A stretch of DNA of 63,363 bases, filler included, from Sphacelaria rigidula (GCA_964200075.2; 11 parts of 11 records of this genome joined end to end with filler, not necessarily neighbours in it); one strand, 5' to 3'; numbered from the whole stretch's first letter, positions 49,280-62,537 are shown. Translations and numbers: made by a program. The notes: a model not told the origin generated them from the letters alone.

Positions 49280-51634
49280 TGTGCTTCACAGAAACTGATA
49301 GAAAGCAGGCTTACTGAAGAATACAGCTGTGAAATCAAAAACACGTACAGATTGTTCGGGGTAGTCGTCAGGAATGTACTCCCGGCGACAAACCATATTT
49401 TCCAGGTAGACCATGAAATTTGGCATAGGAGTGCTTAAACATATTTAGAAAGGCTGCATGAATGGGGTCTTCATATTTTTTTTCGCCGACGCTGCCTCCT
49501 AGGATCCCGGATATCTCCCAAATAAAAATTAATGGAGACCCGATTCATACAGCCCTTACATAAATAACTCAGAGCGTCCGCATGCAAAATTTCAGGGTTC
49601 AACTCGAAAAATGGCGTGAAGGATTTCATAATGTACGTTGGAGTATACATTTGAACGCGGAATTCCCCTCATCACTTGGTTATAATATGCTATCGACGTT
49701 GTTTTTGTGCACCCGAGTCTTAATCAACCGGCTCGGATCAGTTTTTTGAGCTACGCCACGGAACTGTGTGCCTACGTTCCTCGGACCACCTCGGGATGCA
49801 TCGAATTTGGATTTTTGATGTTGAAGCAATCTGCACCAGCTTCTGGGGGTCTTCACGCTGGGAACCCGGAAGCCGGTATGGCGCGGATAAACCTCCAAGT
49901 ACTCTTCGACGATTTTCTTCCAATTCGCAGCAATCAGACCCACCAAACTGCCAAGTTTGAGGATGATCGGAGCTTTTCTCCATAAGTTACTGGGGGAAAC
50001 GTCAGGAGGCTTCCTGGGTCTTCGATGCATGCTTTCGGTGAAACTTCAACGACGGCAGAACCCTTTTCACCGGAGCACCACGTTTCGGGTGTATAAATAG
50101 ATCTCACACGAACCCTTTCCAAACCTGCTTTTACTTCAGGTTCCCCCAGCTGATGGCGGTTACCTAGGTTTGATTCGTCATGAAATTGGCTACGAATTGT
50201 GTCGGGAATTCGCATTTTATTTTCAGAACAATTCGAAGGCCCCTGGTTGGTTGAGAAACAATTTCAATGCCACCGCCACGGCGAAGGACGCAAGAAATAA
50301 CCTGGTCATGTTACGATGTTCGCTTGCTCGTGAGGGTCGCCACGATACCAAATATGTTTCCATCTGATCAGCTTTGCGTCTTGTGTCTAGTGGGGAATAA
50401 AATTTTGGGCACTCACGCTGAATCAGCCTGTACGTTGTGCACCAAGACACGCGCCGGGAGGTGAATCAAGACCGGTTTACTGGAATTTTTGAAAAAACAA
50501 TCTGCCACCCTCGGCGGGGCGTAACATAAATGGGGGTCAAGAGAATCACAAAAACAAACTGCCACGCGCGCGTGTGAGAGTGCCCGCGTGGGAGAATGCC
50601 TTTACCATCAGGTGCAAATAAACGTTAGCCCCATGTACCAAAAGACTTGGGATGTTCACAACAGTGCTGCACCGTACGGGCACGAGTAGGGAAGGAAGTA
50701 ACGAAAGGGTAGGCCGGAATAAGGTGGGATAGAGTAGTCGAGAAAGTACAGGCGAGGGTGAAAACATATATTTGTGTGCTGTTTCTTTCCCCTAAATGCT
50801 ATGCAGTAGCAGATTTGCTCTTGGTGCTTTTGCTCTCGACAGGCTCACCGGTGAAAGCAAATGCCCAGTGAATATGAGTGCATTTTTTTCCTTCAGTAGA
50901 GCTTTCCCCTCTCCCCTTCCTTGGAAGTGCTTTTCTATTTTCTTGCCCTTCCTTTTCTCCTTTTTGATTGGTTTTGTTCTCCCCTCTTTTTTTCTCAACC
51001 TCATCCAATTTTCTTCATCGCTTCATCGCTTCATCGGTTTTGTTTCGTCTTTTCTTATTTCTTTCAGCAAGAGTTTTCGTTCTGTTCGCCTTGCATACGT
51101 TTACCTTGTGACCACGGCTGTACTCCTCGGGGATTAATCAACTTCACTGTGCGATGATCAAAATCGACTCACCAATTAACCAATCATTTCTTTACTTGCT
51201 TTTACCCGTACCCACTATAAAACACGTCCGCCGTTGAAAGCATGAGGACGTGAGCAGCTCGCAATAAAAAAGTCTATTTGGCTGAGTTTGGTGAAAGACA
51301 GCTGACCCGGTGCGGGGGTGCTGGTCATAATCCAATCCGCGAGATGAACTGTAAGGCGTCTACCGGGAAGAGATGGGTTGATCTCTCGAGACCACGGATT
51401 AGTCTCGAGGAAGGGGAGGAGTTACAGGTGAGCACCAGAAATAAGCATATAAATGTTTAGTTTGTATTGTTGGTGCACATGTACACATAACTCACGCCCT
51501 ATGCGTTTTCGGGAGCATACACGTGAGTGTATGTACATCGTGTCCAAATTATCAAAAACTTCAGCAAAAAGTTGGAACCTCTTGATTTACTTCACCACCT
51601 TGTACTGCTTATTCCATTCGTATGAAAAACGCAC

Positions 51635-51715
51635 CTCTGTATCGGGATCTTGTTGCGCCTGGAGCATGAACTCGCATATGCTCTGCATGTGCGGCAGGAG
51701 ATAATGCACGTTCAC
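51635..51715 (-). CDS. TNPO1: Transportin exon: VNVHYLLPHMQSICEFMLQAQQDPDTE
   Basis: Resembles transportin [22 protein letters not shown]. cag acceptor, GAG|gtgcgt donor, phase 0-0. Confidence 0.9.
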
Positions 51716-52096
51716 CTGTCGACCAAAACATATTGTAGGGGGGGGGGGGGGGGGGGGTGCTGGAGTGGTTGTCGGGTGATTAGTAGGACGTTTGTGCGGC
51801 GGCGGTGTTTAAGGCGGGGCGCGGGNNNNNNNNNNNNNNNNNNNNNNNNNNNNNNNNNNNNNNNNNNNNTTAATTAATTAANNNNNNNNNNNNNNNNNNN
51901 NNNNNNNNNNNNNNNNNNNNNNNNNTAGAAGAGTAGTCGAGTAGGTATTATCGAAATGAGCGACTCTACTGGCCACATATGTGACTCCTCCATGGACGAG
52001 TCAGCGGTGGAAACAGTGCAAAACGGGGAAACATCGCGGCAGTTGCCAGAGGAAGGAAGGCGTTCAAGTTTTTGGTTTTGGTACATCGGACCCGGC

Positions 52097-52530
52097 CTCC
52101 GATACTCTACTCAAGTTTCGAGTAGGTCAAGTACGGCCTCAAATACCGTACTCAAATGTTTAGTACGAAGAGTACGGCCTCAAATACTCTACTCAAATTT
52201 TGAGTAAATCGAGTACGACCTCAAATACTCTACTCAAATTCTGAGTAGGTCGAGTATGGTCTCAAATACCGTACTCAAATTTTGAGTACGAAGAGTACGG
52301 CCTCAAATACTCTACTCAAATTTTGAGTAGATCAAGTACGACCTCGAATACTCTACTCAAATATTGAGTAAGCACGAGTATACGAGTATCGCTCTAGTAT
52401 GACTTCAATACTCTACTCAAATTTTGAGTACGTTGAGTATGATCATAAATACTCTACTCAAACTTCGGGTACTAAAAGTATGACTTTTAAAAAAACTGAG
52501 TATTGAGTATACTCTACTCGACCTACCCTT
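52097..52530. repeat. Tandem array of ~41-bp units, each containing the palindrome TACTCAAATTTTGAGTA (~9 units)
   Basis: Unit ctcaaatactctactcaaattttgagtaNNtcgagtacgNc repeated head-to-tail with no unique spacers. Confidence 0.9.
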
Positions 52531-52929
52531 GAATAGTAAGGCTGCTATCGGAAGCTCGGAGCCGAACGCATCGGACAGTGTGCCAAAAATGTTCATGTGG
52601 CGGGGTGAGCTGATGCGTGGTGCCCTAGAGAAGCCATGATGATTTTTCCTGTCCAATGCGTTTGGTTCCGATGCAGTGTACACCGCGATTCAAAAATTTT
52701 CCGAAGTTCAGATTTGCCGAATCGGCCGCATACTTGTACCTGTCTAGTTTACAGCAAAGCCGCGAGGGTGTAAAACTGTTCCGATCAAGATATTTCATGC
52801 TACAGATGTAGGTCCAAATGTGTGGCAATGAAAAACATATCAGGTTTAATAAATTGGTGGTGCGTATGAACACATCAGTCGTCCTTGTGCATACGTACTG
52901 TGGTAGGATTGGGTAGGTGAAAAGATCCA

Positions 52930-53258
52930 CAGGTCGGACGGGTCATTACTCGTTTAGACGAGTGCACTCGTGGGTGTTTTTCCAAAACTCGACGAGCATG
53001 GCTCGTGTGCTCGAGTCATTACTTTTTTTTCACAACAATGACTCGTGCGCTCGAGTCACTACCTTTTATACAACGAGCAATGACTCGAGTGCTCGCCCTA
53101 TTCATTTTTCCCCCAACGAGCAATGACTCGAGCGCTCGCCCTATTCATTTATTTCCACAACGAGCGATGACTCGAGTGCTCGCATATTCAGTTTCACGGC
53201 GAACGAGCAGCCCAACGAGTGCGAGTGCCACGAGTCACACTCGTGCTCGTCCGATGTA
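52930..53258. mobile_element. MITE-like element with internal CTCGAG-rich tandem units
   Basis: Ends tcggacg / cgtccga are inverted; internal repeats of caatgactcgagtgctcgc. Confidence 0.55.
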
Positions 53259-55701
53259 TAAAAAGCTCCGAGCAAGGATGGGACCATCGTTGTTCCGCCA
53301 CTACTGCAATGACGACATCGTAAACACATTCCCGCCCCTGGAGAAGGACCCGTCTCCGTGACGGGCCGCAGACCTCGGATACCAAGGGGTCTCCGTGGCC
53401 GCAGTACGGTGGAACACACACAGGTGGGGTTCACCGTGGTTGCCTTCACCACACACAGATTTCCCGCTGGCTCGGCAAGTATCACCGCCAAACCCTTTGA
53501 CCACGAGGGGTGAGTCGCCTGCTGAGTTGGCATCAATTTCACTTGAAAAAAGTACATATGATCCAGATGAACTACCCGCATCGCGGTCCAAGGGCTAAAC
53601 GCGTTGTGTTTTTCTGTACTTGATGACTTCGTTCCTTCGCAAACAATCCAACAGGGAGTGCATGTGAGTTTCGTTCCGCTACACGTAATTTGAATATGAA
53701 ATGCTCCCTGTCGAAAACACTGGTGTAGGTCGCAGAAGCTATGGAGGGCCAACGTAATGTCGAGTGTCGACATATGAATTTTGCTCACCTCGCCATCGGC
53801 ATCGACCGTACAGGTCTCGTTGACTGTCAGCTGCACATTGCTGCTCTCCAGCCGAAGTGGTGATGTGCGTGTTCCATCCCGTGTCCAGGCCAAGAGGGGA
53901 CAGCAGATGAAACGAAGAGTCACTGTGCTTTTGTCATCGTTGGGGCCAAAAACGTAGCCAAAGTACTATTCGTGTGTATGAGATCTCAGATTTACTTCCA
54001 CAGGGGTCATGAATACTGTTTTCGATCATGCTGCGGTAGTGCGCTATTTGCGCTGAACGGGGGCATTCAATCTGGCGTATAATCCGCACTTGAAATTACG
54101 CCAGGGAAGGAGACATTGGTCGCCGCTCTTGTACCCAGCTTCACATTCTGAAAACGGCCGCGTACTCGTTCAACTGCACCAAGTACATAAGGCCCATGTG
54201 TGGGCGATTGGGAGAAGGTCTTGGAAGAGATCTCACATGGGCATACATCGATCGCAAGATCACGACATCTCACACGAATCTAGGCTACTCGTTTCACACT
54301 CACGCATTGATTCCGCTACTGCCGTAGAGAAGCGCCGTCGCAGTGAATGCCACAGCCGTTCTTGTAGGGCGCATGATCTGGACAGGGAGTGGCCTCCTTC
54401 TGGAAAGCAGCAAACCTGCATCAAATGCGGAGGAGCATTGGAGGTGCACGCCGAACCAACACCGACCGACACTCAGGACTTCAGATGCTACCGCCACCTT
54501 TGCGCACGCGATACGAACGGTTTATGACTCCCTGGATGTTGATGTCGGAGGAAAAGCAAGGATTGAAAATATTCCCACCTAACGTCTTTAATTTCACCCA
54601 AGTTGATACATGACAGTATGTGAACTGCTCCCACACACTGTACTGTGGCATCGGTTGTCCGGTAAGTCGTTCCTGTCAAATACCATGAATTTTGGTTTGT
54701 CGTCGTTCCTTTATTAATGATCCACACCACCCTCTTGGGCAGCCAGACAAGCCAAGTCTTGGTGTATCTCGTCTACCATCATATCGCCAAACATACACCT
54801 AGCTACGCAGCCGAAACGCTTCCAAAAGCCGTGGTACTTTCCGATGCTCGTCCCTTTTCGTCCCGAGCTGTATTGCGTATATGCTTCATTTTACTCACCG
54901 ACAGGACGACGGATATGACTTGATTTCGAGTGGCAATGCGGACGAGATGCTGGGTAGACGGGCAGGTGTTCGATCTGTTGTGAGATGGGTGGGGGAACTG
55001 CGATTCCTCGGGGGATGATGTGGGGATGCTGTATGGGGGGAATATCCCGCTTGCTGGAACCGTTCTCCCGATCAGGTCAGAGATCCTCTGTGGACGATGA
55101 ATAGGCGATCTGTGGTTGGCGTCACGTGACGACAGACAACGACTCGGGAAATTGATTGTGGTGCGGGAAAATTGTCGGGGAAGGGTACGATCGGTGAAGA
55201 GAAACGAAAATTGTGTATAAGGTCTCCTGTGTACAGTATACCGTGTACCGAAGTTGCTGAGCTCGCACGTGCACCACAGCATATCTGGAAGGCTATGCGC
55301 CCACTGCGCAGATGCACAAAGGATCCGAGAGTCGTAAAGAAGCAGGCACAACACATGACCCACCGCATTATACACACTAGCCGCCAGCTTTGCCGTAGGA
55401 ACGTTCCGTGCTTTTTTATGTACATTCTGCGTACCACATGTCAATTTCCGCGAATGAGACGCTATACTCTCGAAAGCCAGTCTATGGTCTACCCTCTCAG
55501 GTGTAGCACATAGGACTCTCACTTCCAGGCTGTGGTTTAGGGGAAATTGATTCCCCGCCAAGGAGCACGGGCATATTACATCACATAAATATGTGCACCT
55601 CGCAAGGGGGGCTGAGAGGGAACCCTTTTATTTTTCTGGGGGCATGTGTACTTGTTGACTCGGAGGCCAGCAAAAATCCCGCGTTGCCCGACCGTTATAA
55701 T

Positions 55702-55912
55702 TGTAATGCGTGAGAGGACCGCGTGCTTAGAGGACCCCATCGGAATTTGAACCTCCCCATGGTTAGGGTTAGGATCAGGATTAGTGTTGGGGTTACGGTC
55801 AGGGGCGTGGTACCTGCAGGGACTGGCCCAATAGGTTTTGAAAAACATCAATCTTGAGGTGTTTTGAACTACGGCGCGGTCCTCTAAGCACGCGGTCCTC
55901 TCACGCATTACA
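55702..55912. mobile_element. 211-bp TG...CA MITE with TTAGGG-like core
   Basis: Same TIRs and length as 40640-40850; TSD degenerate (ataat/atgac). Confidence 0.9.
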
Positions 55913-58051
55913 ATGACGGACATGTGCCCGTCCTTGCGGGTGCGTATCTATAACATTGTGGTGAAATCGAAACAATATTCTTCTGTATCATATATTTACT
56001 GCAAGTCAAAACGTTCTGCCGGTCGTTGTTTCTTGTGAGCGGCATCGGGGGAACTCAAAAGCAGGAACGTTCATATCGATCGTAGGCTTTAGACAGCATG
56101 ATCTGCTGCGCGAGTTGCGATATATCGATGGGGTCGGGCCGAGATGGAGCATGAAAAATCAGTCGAGGCCGCATTGCTACAATATAACAGGAGAGAGCAA
56201 CCTATTAACCGCCTGAAGCCGATTTCTAGTTGATACTTCTCCACTCTGCCTACAGCCAAGGAAATATCGCAGTACTTGGCGAAGCTGAAGTCCAATGCAG
56301 TTTGGAGCAATGCGGTAGTCAACTGGACGGTCGATGAACCTTCGCGCCCATGAAATCTCGCCGCATTTTCACGTGTTTCACCTTCGCGTCGCGAGTGCAG
56401 CCTACCCACGCAACCTCGACCGATCTACTTTACCTCTGCGATTGCTGTGGCTACATCTCGCTAAATATTCTCACGCAGTGTCTATTGGATGAGGCCTACA
56501 AGGGGTAGTTGCAATACTCGATAGGGCAGCTAGAAAAATCCCCATCCGGCAAAAACGCTCAGATCGCTCTCCCGCACGGTCGCCTTGGCAACTACCATGC
56601 ATGCTCCAGACGATGAGTGTGCACATAATCACAAGTGCCTTCAAAATATACACGAGCTATCATGTGGCCCATACGGGATCGGGGGTCTATTGTAGGCATG
56701 GTGGTATGGGGACGATGTCGACATCGTACACGATTGTTTGGTTACGCTGGAAGCACTGCACAGGCCAACCGGTACTTATCTCGCCGCATGTTTGGGTGCC
56801 CTCGCATCAAGAAGGAAGTAGGAGGTACTCAAAGGTTCAAAATTGTGGCGAATCCAAAAGTGAGCCACCATGCAACCATTTCCCCTTCACCATCCTTGTC
56901 TGAAACTGGGTTAGTGCAGGTGTGCTAAGCGTGGCTGGTCCAGTCTCGTTCCGCAGTCGATCTATTGACGTTCTCATAGCGTCATTGGATGGAAACTGGA
57001 AACCCAGGTTATAGACCTGGGTACTGTACGCACTTGACAGGGAAATAAATTGCCATGTTCCTAGCGGGGGGCAAGTGAGTTGCAGCCAGATCTTCCTAGC
57101 CAGGAACGGCTTTTGGAGCCTTCGCCCCACGACACTCTCATAATTATTATTATTTCCGCACATCAGTCCGATCTCTTGAACCCGTGGCATAGACGTGGGC
57201 TCGTCTTTCATGGAGTCCTCCATCACTTGTCCTCTGAACGCGGTCGATCAGATTTCAAACCGCACTCGATCAACCGGCGTGCTTACAGCTTCATGTGTTT
57301 CCGATGCATTTTCGCGTGTATATTGTAACCGCTATCCAGCGTCAACAGTCGTTCGGGACACCGTGTATATTTATCGAGGTAACCCTTGTCAGATAATACA
57401 TCGTTTCCGAGCACGGTGTGTACTTCGAAGTATACATTTGGGAGCAAGGACGCCGTCCTTGTGGGTTTACAAACATGATACTCGTAGTGATGCCTGCTGT
57501 CCATCACCAGTCGTTCGGGAACATGGAGTAGGCTTTGGCATATACTACAACAAATAACAACAAATTGTGCGAATTGAGGTTTAACTCCGAGATGNNNNNN
57601 NNNNNNNNNNNNNNNNNNNNNNNNNNNNNNNNNNNNNNTTAATTAATTAANNNNNNNNNNNNNNNNNNNNNNNNNNNNNNNNNNNNNNNNNNNNCCATAG
57701 CGCCACCGCTACGGCCTTGAACAAAAATCCGGCTATGTCATCCTCTTCGTCTCTCCATTGCGGTCAGTACGATGCCATATATGCGACTATTGGGTGCATA
57801 TTGCGGAAGGCATTTGCTGATGACAAAATTTTGGGTGACCACCGTGAACCAGCCTGTAGCTTTATTCCCATCATTTCATAGTGTTGACTATTATTTTTAA
57901 TTATCATGGTTATTATCACTGTTTATACAAAAAAAATGTTTTCCCCCCCCCCTTCAATGGTCATTTGACTATGGCATGCATGATCATGAGTACACCCCCC
58001 CCGCCGCCGCACCCTCCTCTTCCCCACGCTGATCGAAAAATAACCGAGAAG

Positions 58052-58188
58052 GAGACAGACTTGCGGAAGGGCTGGATGAAAGCCGACGTGTGGTCTTTGG
58101 GAGCGACGATCTTGGAAATGACCACAGGCAGCCCACCATGGGCGGAGATTGGCCCTATGGCTGCAATGTTCAAGATCAGTTGCACAAG
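58052..58188 (+). CDS. Ser/Thr protein kinase (STE11/MAP3K-like) exon, subdomains IX-X; acceptor position uncertain
   Basis: [39 protein letters not shown]|gtgagg donor in phase 2. Confidence 0.88.
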
Positions 58189-59907
58189 GTGAGGCTTGGT
58201 ACTCTGTAATGGTACTGGTTGGCAGTTATGGCTACCTTCACAGCAACAAACAACAAAAAGCTTGAAGGACGTACGTAAAACATGAAAAAAAATATTTGAC
58301 AATTGGTCAAATGGTTGATGATGGTTCGGGGGTTGGTCATTCTTACTTGCGCGTACGGTGAGAAAGTGTGTCGACGAACATTGAGTAAGAATATCCCTAA
58401 CCCTTTGAACATGAAACAGTACTGTTTCGGATCTTCACTGTACGACTAGCCCTGTACGATGACCAATAAGCTGCGTTGGCACCCGTAGAATCGCATATGG
58501 ATGGCTTCTTGGGTCAAACTCCATGGGACAAGAGCACAGCGAACAACTTGACGTCCCGACGCATGCGGTATGGTAAAAGCTGACTGATGAGTATCGATCA
58601 TTCCTTCGCTGCTTGGGCCGGTCGTTCAAATCATTGAGATTTCTATGCTCCCCCTTATTCTTCCTCGGCCTGTGGTGCAATATTTTGGGTCGTGTGTCTC
58701 GCGACCGGGAGCCATTTTGGCCCCTTTGGGCCCCGTCCCGTATTCGTGCTACATGAAAATAGTGTTGGCGTTGTCTTTTTCAAAACTCCGTGGTGCTGAA
58801 CCAGTCACACCAACAGAGGGTAGAGCGATTAAATGGTCCCTTTTTTTTTTTTCTTTTTTCGCTCATGCAAAAAAAGCATGCCCAGAGCAGAACATGCTCC
58901 ATTCTATAATTCAGTAATTATAGAGAGGGAGGCAAACAAGATGCGGGTGTGGTATGTAGGCGACCTGGGTACTTCCGGGGTCGATATTCCTCCATTTTTA
59001 TCCAGAAGACTGCTGAATGTTCTGTGGATAATTCATCACCTGATTTCAGACTAGGGGAAAATCTCCACAAAAGTCGTCCCTTCAGACCTATTAACACACA
59101 GAGCAGTGGAAAACACACCCAATATACGAACCTCAACAATCAGCTTGGAGATCAGAGATGCCGCCTGTACGCGACGATCGCAATACGCAGCAATGGTACT
59201 ACTATCCTGCCACTCTTCTGTTGCCTCTCCAGCCACGCCTGGTAGCAGCGAGATGGGGGTCACAAGCCGCCAGCCGCGACGGCCGTAGCCAAATTGGTTT
59301 GAAGATGGATTCGGCTGACACTTATCTCTGCATGCATGCTGTGTTCCAGTGTGTTGCACTGTACTGTCCTCTTGCCTTAACTCACGACCACCTTGTCAAG
59401 ACACGTCGCTGCTGCGCTGACATATCGAGCCAGGAGTCATTTCTGTCAGTGACGGGGTTGAATACACGTGGACATTTGTGGGACTGTACTGCACGATGCG
59501 GTGCGGTGTTCTACCGCGTTGTGCTGTGCTGTGCTGTGCTGTGCTGTGCTCCACTACTGCTCCGTACGCCTGTAGTACTATGATCATTCTGGGATATATG
59601 AACGCGGTGCGGGAGTGCTAATAGTCATGACCCAATCCGCGAGACCAAAATGCAAGGCGTGTAGCGGGGAGAGATGGGTTGAATCCCTTGAGACCACGGA
59701 CTCGTCCCGAGGAAGGGGGGGGGTTCAAAGTGCGACAAATAATTACGAAAAAAAAGTGGATGGGCCGGCACTCGCTTGAGCACGTGCATGGTTGTTTGCG
59801 TGTGCGTCATCCTCTACACTAACGTCCAGCCAGCGAAACGTGCTTCCGATCGTTCGTAAGTGTGCGGCCCAAGAGGTTTGATGTTGGTAGTGCATGCGTG
59901 GGTTATT

Positions 59908-60581
59908 CACGGTAAGGACGAATCATCACGACTACGAATCACCAAATCTACGATTTCTTCGGCCTGATTGCCCAAAAGGAAGAAAAAGTTGACCGCTGGT
60001 CCAAGGGATATCCACGCAACTTTTGCGCCATTCCACGTGTCCGGGCTGCGTGTACCTGGGTTGCAACGCTGGAAACAAAGCCTGAGGATTGATTCGTACG
60101 ATTCGAATGAAGTATACTAAAACCAAGTAATATCCAGATGGCTCATTATTTATCCGACCCTTGGAATTTTTCATTTCATTTGTTGTTGTAGAATTCAAAG
60201 GTTCGCATGCTTGAGAAGAAACGATTTACCCGTCCACCATCATCTGTGATTTTGTTTTTTGGCGTAATCAGGGGAAACATTTGTAAGGGTTCGTTGTGAC
60301 AAAAGTTCAAGGGTCGGACAAATAATGATTCGTCTGGAAATTACTGGATTTTAGTGTAATTGATTCAGACCGTACGAATCAATCCTCGGGCTTTGTTTTC
60401 AGCTTTGCAACCCAGGTACACGCAGCCCAGACACATGGAATGGCGCAAAAGTTGCGTGGGTACTTCTTGGACCAGCGATCAACTTTTTTCTCTCTTTTGG
60501 GCAATCAGGCCGNNNNNNNNNNTCAGGCCGAAGAAATCGTGAATTTGGTGATTTGAGTCGTGATGATTTGTCCTAACCGTG
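59908..60581. mobile_element. Two inverted copies of the CACGG MITE forming a ~670-bp foldback in the kinase intron
   Basis: Arms 59908-60163 and 60308-60581 are reverse complements, with a ~145-bp spacer. Confidence 0.85.
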
Positions 60582-61383
60582 CAAACGTTGGGGGACGTCG
60601 TCGAGCCAATACATAACTTCTGTGGGCAGGGCAGCGTTAGTTATGTGCACCGTGCACGCCGGAGGAATGTGTGAGTTACAACCATTAGAGTTTTACACAC
60701 CCTGGACAAAAGATTCTATTGTCGAAAAATGTACTGCGTCCAGTATGGGTTTCATTGTTACAATAGGCGCAATAGTCGATACTGTACGCAGTACACTTTT
60801 TGACTGTGTATTCGATTGTCATCATCCAAGGTGTGGGAGTTTACGCAAACTGGTCGAAAACGTTCATGTTCGAATAAGCACTTGGCTCCAGTGTAGTCGA
60901 TCATATTCGGATCTCTCGGGGGCTGAAAGTGCCAGGTGCCCGTCAGCGTGGGCAGGGCGCGTGGTTTGCTGAAATTAGCTCCACATTATAATAATAGCAA
61001 GGTGCCGATTACAGCACTGCTTCTGCTTGGGACACCGTGAACGTCCCCCGTGCCCGAGGGTTCTCGGTATGCCTCCGGTTGGGGTCAGTGTTTTTTGGTT
61101 AGTCTTCATAATTTGTCGACCAGTACGCGTGAATGTACCTCGTTGTGACACAATCTGTGCAATTGAGGGACCTGTCCTTTGTTTCGTTTGTTGAGTGTGT
61201 TCGCAACGTGCAACACATATCATAGTTTTCACATAGTTTTCACTTGCTGTGAGATTTACCATGAAATTATATTCATTTCTGGAGTAGCCTGAAGTCTGGC
61301 AACCGACATTTCGTTATTTCAGTCAATATTGTCATTATTCCTCTTATTTTTCATTTATTATATGTATATTTCGCACCGTGATT

Positions 61384-61699
61384 CCCCCCCCCCCCCCCCC
61401 CCCCCCCTCCCCCCCCCCCCGTCGGGACGAGTCCGTGGTCTACTAGTCTCAAGGGATGGAACCACCTCTCCCCGGTACATCCCTTGCATTTTGGTCTCAC
61501 GGGCTGAGTCAGCACTCCCGCACCAATTCAACTCTTTTCAAACAAACTCAGCCAATTACTTTTTGTTTACTCACGTACTGACGCTTTCGACGGTGGAAAT
61601 TAGATACTTGAAATAAAGAACCCAACGCGGCGGGAAACGAACCCACGTTCATCCTATGATAGTGGTGACAGTCGGACCATTAGATCACCGGGGCGCGGC
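61384..61699 (-). mobile_element. tRNA-derived SINE with G-rich 3' end; 5'-truncated relatives at ~38212-38400 (-), ~51225-51445 (+) and ~59603-59740 (+)
   Basis: Minus-strand head has A box TGATCTAATGG and B box GGTTCGTTTCC. Body motifs ggtgcgggagtgct, gagaccaaaatgcaagg and agaccacggactcgtcccga are shared with the other copies. Confidence 0.75.
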
Positions 61700-62466
61700 A
61701 CATGGAGTATGATTATATTCTTCGCTGGCTTATTTTTTCATTATTAGGTAAAAATTTTACCGTTCGTTATTCCGGGAACAATATCGGCGCGAAAGCGATT
61801 GGCGGCTGTAGCTTCCCGACAATTCTGCTCTGGTGGTTGACGAGCACAACCTTCGTCTGCTACGGACAACAAGATATATAAAACAGTTCCAAATTATAGG
61901 TAATTGTGCATGTACTACTTTCTTATATCGGTTTTGCAGACCCCAGAATTGGAGCCAGTTTAGTTTGGCAACGTCGCAAACAAAAAGTTATCTTTACCAA
62001 TTTCATTGTTTCGACGCTGTGACGAGATGTCGACAATTCAACCTAGAATGTGAGGATATTTTAGCCACACAAGATTCTTTGGAAACGTGAGGAAACTGTG
62101 GCGACAATGCGTGCTGAACTATTTCGCATGAAAATCTAGCACAAGTCGAGGGCAATCCTGTCTTCTTTTTTTTCCCAATCTATTTCCCCCCCCCCCCTCC
62201 CCCGCCAAGCCCTTTTCATTGGCGTTTTTTGTGGGCAATGGCATGCTACATAAAATCAACAAACAAAAAGTAAACGAATGCGGAAAGCCTGTTCTCTGCC
62301 TGTGTGTAGACCGTTTTTTTTTTTTACCCGGGTCCTTCATCCCTCAATCCTCACTTGTTTTTTCAATTTGAAAAGACACAATGTTGACACTACGGCGTCA
62401 CTTTTTTTCGTTTTTTCATACTTGCGTTGTCCCTTCCCGCCCTATTTTCAACACGCTGGAATCCAG

Positions 62467-62537
62467 GGATGTGCCAACAACACCGGATGCGCTGAGCGAG
62501 CAAGCTCAAGAGTTGTTGAAACAATGCTTTTGCAGGG
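62467..62537 (+). CDS. Next kinase exon (RDVPTTPDALSEQAQELLKQCFCR), subdomains X-XI
   Basis: atccag acceptor, phase matches the previous exon (AG+G=Arg), G|gtgaga donor; fits the PxxPxxLSxxAxxFLxxCFxRDP pattern. Confidence 0.88.

Noticed and set aside
52097..52530. CRISPR array
   Set aside because: The palindromic repeats are contiguous with no unique spacers, there are no cas genes, and the context is eukaryotic.
52585..52640. Kinase subdomain I (WRGELMRGALEK)
   Set aside because: Lacks GxGxxG, is followed by a stop, and lies on a different contig from the kinase exons.
58580..58620. Hammerhead ribozyme (CTGATGAG core)
   Set aside because: No stem II plus GAAA partner follows.
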